From Catajapyx aquilonaris (taxonomy: Eukaryota), in the NCBI GenBank assembly GCA_000934665.2, contig KZ538499.1, positions 45,985 through 65,984 of the forward strand: a stretch of DNA of 20,000 nucleotides, read 5' to 3'. Positions 10,300 to 19,751 of the stretch are shown here, one piece after another. The translations under genes and the position numbers were made by a program. The stretch's first letter is position 1. Every line of letters starts with the position of its first letter. The notes below the pieces were generated by a model, which made no database searches, had not been told where the DNA came from, and saw only the letters and a program-made list of their open reading frames with translations.

Positions 10300-10845
10300 T
10301 TTGTTACGCCTATACTTAAGTGTTGGAAATAATCATGTGAATAGTGAACAACATGAAACCTGACATTTCACTCAGAATAATATTATTATCTCTGTAGCTA
10401 TATAGTACGTATAGTCTAAAACCTTGTCTAAAACTCGAAAACTCTCTCACTTGAGACTTTGATCAACTTCCTGCCACTTCCATTAATCGCTAATAAGCTC
10501 GCCGCATGATTAATGCCAAGACCTACTCCGCTTCCTTGGCAAGCCCTCCCCCAACAATTTTAGCTGTAGAGGACCCCATTGTTTCCACATTCTATTATAT
10601 ATAGGGACCCACCCCGCCTCACATTTTCTGGCACCTTGAAGCACCAAACCAACCACGAAACCCTGCACAGTTGGATTAATTATTTCGTGTCAACGCTCAA
10701 CAAAGAGGCCCACAGTGTCACAGAAATGTGCCCTTTGTTGCCACGTTTGCCAGATTATCCAAACTAATATTATCAGATAATGCTGTTAATAACCGATTGA
10801 ATTAACAGATTAATATACACATATTATTGATTACCTTTTTTAAAA
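10300..10845 (+). mobile_element. Decayed Penelope-like element RT core (Penelope/Poseidon-like motif style)
   Basis: KPDISLRII (10356-10382; cf. HKPDIPLRPIIS), QDLLRFLGK (10517-10543; cf. KDT.DFL.KL), LFPHSI (10579-10596), NYF (10678-10686), MCPLLPRLPD (10726-10755; cf. MGSPLSP.LAD), Y-IDYLF (~10822-10840; cf. YIDD.F). All are in canonical order. Confidence 0.75.
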
Positions 10846-10852
10846 AAACTAG

Positions 10853-11077
10853 GGACCGAATTCAGAGAGGTTGCTTAACGTAAACGCGCCAGATTAAATC
10901 CTTTAGCCATCCTCGATTAGCAAATTTAATCAACCTGCTAATACAAAGACGGCGATTAGCGCTAAACGCCCCCTAATCGCACTTGCTAGCACTTTTAAAT
11001 TTGCTAATCGAGGATGACTATATATAAAGGATTTAATCGGGCGCGTTTAAGTTAAGTAACCTCTCTGAATTCGGCCC
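10853..11077 (+). mobile_element. MITE with long TIRs (probably PIF/Harbinger-like), copy 1
   Basis: About 75-bp imperfect TIRs beginning GG(A/G)CCGAATTCAGAGAGG, flanked by TAG on both sides (3-bp TSD reading; a TA TSD reading is also possible). Confidence 0.85.
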
Positions 11078-11455
11078 TAGATAGCGTAACCGATTAAATA
11101 GTTGATGAAATCGTCCATTAAAATAAAGTTTCTCGATAACCGTCTAAAAATAACTGGATAAAATAAGTGATTAAATAACTGGATAAAATAACTAATAAAA
11201 TAGCCCATTAAAGTAAACGGTTTCTCGATGACCGTCTAAAATAACTGGATAAAGTATAACATTAAAATAACTAGCATCTGATTAAAATAAACATCCTCTG
11301 AAATGACATTAAAATAACTAATATTTTTTATTTATTCCCATACACCATTTTATGGGCCTGGAGCCCCTTTAGGGGGGACGTAAAATAACTAATAAAATAG
11401 TCGATGAAATTGTTGATTGGAATAAACAACTTCTTGATAATCGTTTAAAATAACT

Positions 11456-11671
11456 GAATTCAGAGAGGTTGCTTAACGTAAACGCGCCCGATTAAATCCT
11501 TTGGTCATCCTCGATTAGCAAATTTAAAAGTGCTAGCAAGTGCGATTAGGGGGCGTTTAGCGCTATAATCGCCGTCTTTGTATTAGCAGGTTGGTTAAAT
11601 TTGCTAATCGAGGATGACTAAAGGATTTAATCGGGCGCGTTTACGTTAAGCAACCTCTCTGAATTCGGCCC
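11456..11671 (-). mobile_element. Same MITE family, copy 2, inverted and missing ~5 bp at its left end
   Basis: The asymmetric core is the reverse complement of the core of copy 1. Right end is GAATTCGGCCC followed by CTA. Confidence 0.85.
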
Positions 11672-11959
11672 CTACTGAAATACCTGTAGCCACTAAAATA
11701 GTTGATCAAAATAAACACCTTGATAAGTTTAAAATAACTGCTTAAAGTAGATCATTAAAAATAACATTAAAATTAACAGCTTCTGATAACAGTTTAAAAT
11801 AACTGGACGAAGTAACTACTTATTAAACAGCTGATAAAATAGCTGGCTAAAAATCGCAGACATGGCTGAATGACCATATCTAATGTTATTAGACGTTATT
11901 TTCCAAATTTTTCAAAAAATTTCGCGAACTGTTCGCTTTTTTTTTTGCGCGCGGAACTG

Positions 11960-13115
11960 AGCCAGGTCCAAAAATGACTCCTCGCGAGACATACCAAAGC
12001 GACGCGGGAGGGTTTTGTCAAAAGTTCTCAGAGGGGGTGGTACACACAGCAGGGGACATGTCTCCACCTCCCAAGTACTGTGTGGGGTACACATTATTTT
12101 GTTCTCAGTCCGATTTGAGAATAGGGAGTGAAAAGGACACCGTTGGATTTTCTTTCTCACAAATGCTGACCTGGTGGAGGTCGCTGCAGGTCACCGATAG
12201 GATCCGGAGGCTGTGCAGCCAGGCCATAGCCATGATGTGCATACCCATGCCTGTTTTCATCGAGATTATCGTAAGTCTTGTTGTGGCCATCGCCACACAG
12301 TATGCAGTATTTTTAGCACGTCTGATACAAGGTGGCAATGACCTCGTTGCATTGTCTCATGATGTGCCAGATGTTTGCACCTGGTAACTGATGTACGGGA
12401 TTGCTACAACGACATTGTAGTACGCTATATATAATCGGCTCTGTCTGTTTCCATTTGTTTGTAGCAGATAGTACCAGTATCCCTTGCATGACCATGAGAG
12501 TGGCGGACCAGCCTCCGTTGAAGTGTGTCGCATCCTCTTTGACCGCTACAGAGCGAACATACGGGGAAAGTGATAACTACATGCTCGTTGGTGATGAGTC
12601 AACGCATGTATAGGGACATGCATAGTGACTTCTGAATATTACGGAACAGAATTAGGACCGAAGAGGATTGGAAATTAATTAAGGCGTCCAAAGGCGTTGA
12701 ATTTTGTGTCCCGGCTGCAGGATCAATCCAAAGAGAGTCTCGTCAACAACCAAAATGGCGGGTGTTCTCAAGAGGTGGAGGGGGGTATAATATAAGGGTT
12801 GGGGAAAGGCAGAGGGATTACCCCCTCCCCCCTCCCCCCCTCCCTCCCTCTCCAAACATCGATTTGCAGCCAAAGTCAACTTGCCAATATCTATTCAAAG
12901 AGTTTCAGCTACCAGAAAATTGTTTGATGACCTTCTTCAGATGGGGGGGTGGAGGACCTTTTCCAATCTCTTCCGATGTTCCCTGAGGTGATGCAACTTT
13001 GGGTTTAAAACTGGTTCTTTTTTTTATTCCACGACAGTTTTACAGCGCACGATTGTTACCTCTGGTGGTGTCAGCACTGTGTAACTCACGTTTAGAAAAG
13101 TAGGGCGCATTTTGT
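11960..13115 (-). mobile_element. Decayed Penelope-like element RT core (Neptune/Naiad-like motif style)
   Basis: Minus-strand motifs in order across frameshifts: KMRP (13113-13102), NRYWQVD (12895-12875), AFPQPLYYTPLHLL (~12810-12769; cf. DFSTLYTTIPH), LITNEHV (12598-12578), YKQMETDRADYI (12463-12428; cf. YRQ..G.PMGTDCAP), IGDL (12198-12187; cf. YIDDL), NVYP (12095-12084), SFLDL (11977-11963). Confidence 0.72.
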
Positions 13116-13189
13116 TCCGTCTGAGGTTCCGCCTTGGAGACGGTATATCGATGGTAAATGAATTCCATGCATTATTATCTAAGAAAATA

Positions 13190-13900
13190 CTAGTACATAA
13201 ATCATATTATACACATGAGAACAAATAAGTATATATTAAAATAAATAAATCAGTGCATGTCAAAATAAATAAGCAAGTGCACGTCAAAATAAATACATAA
13301 ATATTAAAAATAATGAGGTAGATATAGGGTATTAAAATAAATGTACTTGTAAGTACACGTATCGAATGAAGACAACTATTTTAAAATAAATAAATACTGT
13401 ACATAGAAATAAAATACATGCAAAATTACGACGAAACAAAATTGCATAAAAATTATGAAATCATAAATAAATACAACATAAATAATACACAAATAAAATA
13501 ATACACAAATAAAATAAAGCAATAAATAAAATGAAAATTGAAATAACAAATAAAATAATAAATAGTAAATAATTAATAAAATAATAGTAAAATAATTAAT
13601 GAAATATATAATGAATACCAAAATAAATAATAAAATATAAAATTAATAGTAAAATAAATAATAAAAAACAAACAAACAAAAACAAAAAATTAAATTAAAT
13701 TAAAATAATAAAATAATAGATAGTACAATAAAAACGAATAAAATTATACGTAAAATAATAAATAAAAGTAATAAATAAAATTAAATAATAAATGAAATAG
13801 CAGCCGTAAATAAATATATAAAATAAATGAGCAAAAATACATACAAATGTTACGAAATGAATAATTAGGAAAATATAAAAATAACTCGTGTAAAAATAAT
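13190..13900. repeat. A-rich low-complexity tract
   Basis: (aaat/aaaat)n-like degenerate sequence with strong A skew. Confidence 0.85.
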
Positions 13901-13979
13901 AGCGCAAATCGCTTCCATATATCGGTATGTCGCGTTGAAATATATCGATCACGCGTTATATCGACGTAGTCGACTTACC

Positions 13980-14120
13980 ACAATATTTCGATTTCTTCTC
14001 ATGTGAATATAAGCTCGGCTCCGACTAAGCTTCAGACCCCCTAGGAGGCAATCAATCACTGGTTAAACCCTTCCTTGCCACCGCAAATCGCCAACCGAAT
14101 CTATCTTTCTTAAAAGATGA
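13980..14120 (+). mobile_element. Possible short Penelope-like RT motif-B fragment just upstream of exon 2
   Basis: RQSITG (~14046-14063) then PQIANRIYL (14081-14107; cf. P.IANLYL). Confidence 0.35.
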
Positions 14121-14204
14121 TGGCGGGTGTCTTTGGATCCTAATTATTATTATTTTTTCTATATCTCACAGTAATATGACATATATTATTTTTCTCTCTT
14201 TTAG

Positions 14205-14351
14205 GATATCCCGCCTGCGGGTTCGTTCAGCAACCCGGCCACGGCTGGATATCTCCAAAAGCTCAGTGGAAGAGGCTTCCTCTATCCAGGGTCATGGAAG
14301 AGGAGATATTGCGTCTTGGACGGCAACAGAATTTACTACTATGAGAAAGAG
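14205..14351 (+). CDS. Exon encoding PH-domain beta1-beta3 (DIPPAGSFSNPATAGYLQKLSGRGFLYPGSWKRRYCVLDGNRIYYYEKE); CKIP-1/PLEKHO-like
   Basis: Polypyrimidine tract + ttag| acceptor and GAG|gtaagt donor; 147 nt, phase 0/0. Contains the PH signature GYLxK...WKRRYCVL...IYYY. Confidence 0.93.
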
Positions 14352-14375
14352 GTAAGTGGTCAAAGAGTTTAATTA

Positions 14376-14940
14376 AATGTACAAAAAATCCAAGCGAAAA
14401 CAATAGCACAATGAGTCCGCGTCTTGCCCAGCACACAATGAGTTACATGCCATGTAACACGTCATTTATGTCACGCTTGGTTCTTACGTAAGGTAAAAAT
14501 TTAACCTCATTTTCTTAACATTTTCTCACGGTGACATATCGTGTCTATCCGGTTTATTTATTTTTTTCATGTGGCCAGCAGATTTGCATTGCGTAGGTTT
14601 AAATTATACCAGAAACGGGACAAAAAGATTCCGGTTCGAGTCATGCAACAATAACGTTTTGTTCCGATTGAATAAGGAAAGGAAGGGAGTGTGCAACAAG
14701 TTGTTTAATGTCACGCTCGTTGGAGGTACAGTGTGGGATAAAAAAAATTATATAGGGTTGACAAGGAAGGAATGTTCAATATCCGCTGAAGGAAAAAAGG
14801 GGCTCCACAGATTTGCGATACGTGACCTGGGAGGTGTAATCAATGGGGTTGATCGACATGGATCTGTATCAATCAGGGGAGTCCAGATGTGTATACAGGC
14901 TGATCCTGGGAGTTGATCCACGAATCATCTATGATCTTAG
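14376..14940 (-). mobile_element. Decayed Penelope-like element RT core (Neptune-like)
   Basis: IIDDSWINSQDQPVYTSGLP (14935-14876; cf. LIDN.Y..FGD.VYRQ..GIP), IANL (14819-14808), RY-LHD (~14656-14640; cf. RYLDD), DFLYI (14390-14376; cf. FLDI). Confidence 0.55.
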
Positions 14941-14989
14941 CTGTATTTCTCATTATCATCGTTAGTCATACTTTTTTTTAAAAAAGTAA

Positions 14990-15600
14990 TGGTCTGATAT
15001 TATTCTTTTAAAATACGTAATCAAGTAACTTCAATAAAATTATGCGATTTCAATGAAAATATCATTCCAAAAATATGATGATTTCAATGAAAATATGATT
15101 CCAATAAAAATATAATACAATATTCAAATAAAATCATGCCATTTTAATAGAAATGACAATTTCAATATAATGGAAATTCAATGTCATATAAAATTAGTAA
15201 AATATTAATTCAAAAAATGATACCATACATTAACAATAGGAATTTCAATGAAACTGTATGTTCATTGAAATTGTTATTGTTAATATAATTATGGTACTAA
15301 ATTAAGATTTTATGGATTATTTTAATTGTTTATTTTATTCAAGTTATTACATGCAATAAAGCATGTAATAACACGAAAACAACCAATTAAAATAATTAAT
15401 AAAATATTAATATAATAACTTGGTTTTTGTTTTTATTTAATAAAAAGTGAAATATTAATTTAATACATACAGTACAATAAATAAAATATAAATAAATAAA
15501 TGGCATGTAATTAATTAATTAAATGAAATATACAACATAATAAAATAACAATTATAATAAAATCTTATATTATTGTAATAATACGTGTAATGTGTTTTAA
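14990..15600. repeat. AT-rich low-complexity tract
   Basis: Degenerate tttcaatgaaaat and aaataaaat repeats. Confidence 0.7.
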
Positions 15601-15609
15601 TGAAGAATA

Positions 15610-16680
15610 CATGTCAGGCGATGCGCCATTTACGCAATATCGAATTGCTACAATCAAATCCTAATAATGCGGAACTTGATTACACTGATTCTGAAAATCC
15701 TTTTCCTGACTGATCCCTTCCAAGCCTAGGAGATCCCTCAGTGGTGAACCCTTACAGATCGATCCTCTCTCGAAATGCAACTGACCCTTCCCAATAACTC
15801 CATCCCAGAGACCTCCACCATAAACAATTGGGCGTAATGAATCCCCCTCTGCCAACCATTGCAGATAACCCCTGAAGGGGGGGGGATCCTTCCTTTTCAC
15901 TCTCGGTTTCAGTCAGAGAGGCAATCAGGGGTAGAGAGAAAACCCCCTATCCCAAAATGGAGGGGGGCAAGTCCACATTGGTCCCCCCCCCCCCCCNTCC
16001 CCCCCCCCTCTCTTTGAACCTAGTACTCCATACATTTGCATATCAAACGCAGGTACACAGTTCCGCCTCAATCAACCCTTTATTGCTTCTGGATAATTTT
16101 AGTTGTTATTTTTACTGACCAGAGTTATCATGTCCAATGGTTACATGCAATCCACACATGCCTGAATTATTAATTTTTAAAAATAATTTAAACTGAAGAA
16201 ATGAAGAACTAGCACAACTACTAACATTTGTACAAGTGTCCTATATGTAGGAACATCTAGGATTTATTGACGATTTTAGTATGACTAGCGAAATCCCAAA
16301 CTTTTTTGAAAGACCTTTTTTTGGGGGGAACATTTTTGGACGATAGACTTTCCATTCTCTGTGTGTAGAACAAGAAAGAGCTGCCATAGAACGAAACTTT
16401 CTGGACCTGTATATAGTTTTACACCAGGGGTTCCTATTGATTTTCGAAACTTGTGCTGGGACATACAACTTCACTCCAGCGGATCCTTTCTCCTTCCCCC
16501 CCTCCCTCGGTACAAGGTATTCTCGCCATGGGGGGAACAAAAAAATTTACCAGTTCCTTCTGTCACTCTCAAGATCCATTATTTACGCTCAGAGTCGCCC
16601 GAGAGTCGCAGTTGTAATCTGCCCCATTATTATTTAAAAAGACTGCGATTCAGGGAAGTCGAAATTTGCACGAATATTTA
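15610..16680 (+). mobile_element. Decayed Penelope-like element RT core and thumb, interrupted at ~15875-16240
   Basis: KQLGVMNPPLPTIAD (15822-15866; motif B). FIDD (16263-16274) and FLDL (16398-16409) are in one frame, 41 codons apart with one TAG between them. SIIYAQ (16575-16592; cf. SIIYSQ..R) is in the same frame. Confidence 0.72.
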
Positions 16681-16799
16681 AACGGAAAGGTTAGAAGCCA
16701 ATCACGACTCACAGGACGTCACCCTAGAATATCGATATATCGACATATGTCAATGGGGGCCGCTTGATTATTAAGACAGGGTACGGTACAAGTACGTTG

Positions 16800-17330
16800 T
16801 AATAAATAACACAATAAAATAAAATAGCAATTAATGATATTGAATGAAAATAATTACTCCAAATAAATTAAATAAAACAATGACAAATTCATTAAAATCA
16901 GTTAAATGAAACAATCAAAAATTCATTTAAATAAAGTAAACGAAATAATGAAAAAATCAATTAAAATGAAATTAAACAATTAGATATCATTAAAATAAAT
17001 TAAACAATTAAAATCCATTAAAATAAATTAAATAAAACAATGAAAAATGCATTAAGATAAATTAAATAAATCAATGAAAAATCCATTAAAATAAATGAAT
17101 AACACAACGAAAAAATGAAACAATGTAAATAAAATAATGAAACAATGGAAAAAATAAAATGAAAATGAAATGAAATATTAATATTAAATTATATGAAATA
17201 ATTCGTAAAAATAATAAAAACTATAACAAATAATTGCTATAAATTTTGAAAATAAATCTTGAAAATAAATAAAATCATAAACAAACTTATAAAAATTAAT
17301 AAGCTAATAAAAACTAATAAAATAATATTG
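16800..17330. repeat. A-rich degenerate minisatellite (~36-bp unit cattaaaataaattaaataaaacaatgaaaaat)
   Basis: Copies are visible at about 16860, 17015, 17050 and 17084. Confidence 0.8.
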
Positions 17331-17339
17331 GTTAGAGAG

Positions 17340-18490
17340 TGTGATATTAGTTATCAACAATCTGACTATAACGCCGCATAAATAAGGATACACTTCCATC
17401 TTGTGGCCATATCTGTCGTAACCAGGCAAGCAAAAGAGATGCGGAGCCTGAATAATAAAACTGTCGACTTGTCAGATTCGGTGATCTATTCGGCCATAGA
17501 ATAATAATCCCATTTTTCCTGGGGAAGGGAGGCAAAAATAATATTTAAAAAAAATGACAGCTAAGCAAACTCAATTTTCAAAAAGAAGATTTCGCATAGG
17601 CCAAGAAAATGAAAATTTGCTTGAAAAAACACAACCAGTGATATTTTTAAAAATATATATATTTGCGAGTCCAATCCCTTGGCCCCCTATTTAACTTCCA
17701 AAAGTTCAGCAAATCCTAGTTTAGTAAATCACCAAAACTTTAGTCCCAATCTAATCTGGAGCGCTCATCTCCAGGAAATTCGCGTGCGAATAATCTGCAT
17801 AAAGCCAGAAGTGTCCAGACCCCACACTAGGGAATAATCGAGCTCAAAGTAACACGTTTCCTGAACTGTACCGACGAGATGGTGGTTAGTAAACAGGAAG
17901 TAAACTATACCCCCCCTCAAGATAATACTAGACTTTTGTTGATTACGAAAAAAACGAGGCCTCACACACACTTATGTTCTCACTCGGTACAGTTCCTGCA
18001 ACTCGTGTGTTGGATATCAGGTCCAGGTCACACTCTAAGGGTCATGTGGGTCAAGATCGAGGCCGTGAAGTGACCGCCTTGTTGTTAATTGTTGCGTACT
18101 CACACGCAACTTAACTTTCTCTAGATGTTTTTTTTTTGACGCAACAGTATACGACACTTGCGGTAAGGATTTTTTTTATTTTGGAAAAATGAGTACACGT
18201 AACGACACTTACGATTTTTTTTAAATTAATTACTGGCTTTTTCACACTATCACTTTAAAGGAATCGATATCGAAGAAATTTGAAGTGGCCTTTCGTTGGA
18301 ATTTAAGAGTGTTGAAACCCCCTTGGGTTCTTCGGGAAAAGAAACAAGCGAGGCTTGCACGAAATTTACGGCCGTTTGAGACAACCCAGTGTAAACCATG
18401 ATTATTCGGCTCCACTTGTAATAAGCCAACCATGCGATTTACAGCCTCAAGTACCACCAACAGCTTGACAAGCCAACCCTTTAAATCCGC
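17340..18490 (+). mobile_element. Decayed Penelope-like element RT core and thumb (Neptune-like), with AT-rich interruptions
   Basis: VRFGDLFGHRIIIP (from 17471; cf. VRFGDK.FRQ.IGIPMG), TRFLN (17852-17866), LYPP (17905-17916), SVQFLQL (17984-18004; cf. V.FLDL), ISQ..MRF (18421-18440; cf. ISQLIRF). Confidence 0.65.
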
Positions 18491-18719
18491 CATCTTGGGA
18501 CAAATTTGCTGCCGTCCACACGATAATTTTTTTATTGGAAGTTATTCCCATATGAAAATCGGTTGTTAAATACGGTAGTGAAAACTTGCACTTAAAAGTT
18601 GAGATTTTTGCATTATTATTATTTTTTTAATGTCCACAGCAGGCAACCTTCAAGAATTTACATGTTAAATTTTCTGACAACGGCCAATTTTTTGAGCCAC
18701 ATTATTGCAATATACAGAG

Positions 18720-19380
18720 TACTAGGCACCAACTTGCCAAAATTTGGCAAAAAAAATTAGTAAAAGTGCCAGGCAGCAGCATCGAAGCGACATCCGACGA
18801 TGAATTACAGAAGCGAGTCGCCACCCAGGAGGTGGCGCCCGGAATGGCCGAAATGGGAATTCCGTGGAACGGCTGTTTTTGCGTTTTTGAGTTTTACAAA
18901 GTTCTTCGGCACCGTTTCCAAAAAAAAAGTGGTTTGCAAATATAGAAAACACGAGCAAAATTTTGACACCACTCTCAAAGCTGTAGGCCGTACGGTGCTG
19001 GAGGAGTTATGGGAAATAATCCTTTGTATCCGAAATGTCGCCATCTATACTTTCCACTGACTAGTGTCGCCATCTGTTGCTTTCTCACCGGTGTCGCCAT
19101 CTATCAGCCTGTACGTCCTCTCACTTTTTACTATACGCTTCGAAGCTCAACAGGAAGCTCCCCAAATCCCATTAAATTCCGACCTAATCGAGCAGGCGAA
19201 ACGAAGTTGCGAATTTTGTGACCCTACAGATACTTAGCTAAAAATCTGGAGTCTATATAGCGCCATGTCATATATTTTTGAGACGAATTATTATAATAAA
19301 TTTTTTTGGGGAAAAAAATTTCTATGATGTTGCTGGATATAGGCTAGAGGTATGGAAGGTTTTTGAAGTGGGGGCGTCCG
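18720..19380 (-). mobile_element. Decayed Penelope-like element RT, N-terminal half (Poseidon-like)
   Basis: LAKYL (19241-19227), FGYKGLFPITP (19034-19002; cf. FDVKSLF..IP), LQTTFF...AVPRNSHFG (~18940-18848; cf. L.TTYF...G.PMGSPLS), KFW (~18748). Confidence 0.6.
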
Positions 19381-19751
19381 TCGTTGGAACGGTAGCTGCA
19401 AAAGACATTTCGTCGATCAATAAGCTACGAGGGACCATGGTAAGTTTTGGAGAAAAGGCAAAAGGGTGCAAGGTTAGACCCTTCATATTTTCCACCCCCC
19501 AAAAAAATTCTGGGACAACTTATATCCGGGAAGATTCTGAAAAATGGCGGACATAAATTTTTTGAGTCACCTTGTACTTGGTAAGATCTGAACGCATGAC
19601 CACATTTTTCTGTATGTAATAACCTCTTGAAGCAATGGAGCATCATGTGATGCCAGCCTCTGCGCTTTCATTTTCCAGCTGAAGTGTGACCAAAGGTCAT
19701 ACTTTTGTACCAGCCTGTAATTACAATCGCAATTGTTGTTTTCATTCGCAG

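Larger units (their letters stand above)
9690..11850. repeat. Degenerate 'aaaataactg' array in two blocks (9690-9970, 11085-11850)
   Basis: Recurring aaatagcccattaaa.taaac.gtt.ctcgat.accgtctaaaataactggataaa units, interrupted by three MITEs and an RT relic. Confidence 0.8.

Noticed and set aside
12575..12598. LITNEHVV as a trypsin/HtrA catalytic-His motif
   Set aside because: No downstream Asp or GxSG motif. Its position between RT motifs A and B fits the PLE LIxN stretch.
12170..12632. Long frames interrupted only by TAG/TAA (also at 1294-1628 and 15610-15875), suggesting a TAR=Gln genetic code or an antisense multi-exon gene
   Set aside because: The read-through products resemble nothing I recognise, and good donors are lacking. 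The blocks are better explained as frameshifted RT relics. The real exons use CAA/CAG for Gln and contain no in-frame stops.
12895..12942. Hammerhead-like CTGAAGA...GAAAC on the minus strand (similar partial cores at ~180 +, ~2711 -, ~8962 -)
   Set aside because: Stems I-III cannot be formed convincingly, and the sites lie within RT-coding relics rather than in terminal repeats.
13376..13952. Two hydrophobic F/I/Y-rich minus-strand ORFs resembling membrane proteins
   Set aside because: They are an artefact of the A-rich low-complexity tract.
14569..14916. 115-aa plus-strand ORF as an extra exon or nested gene
   Set aside because: No recognisable domain or strong splice sites. It is antisense to a probable RT relic, and exons 2 and 3 already join into a continuous PH domain.
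15876..16012. G-run/C-run hairpin motifs (also 12781-12850) as G-quadruplex elements or a MITE
   Set aside because: No TIR or TSD could be defined. The homopolymers include an N and may be partly assembly error.
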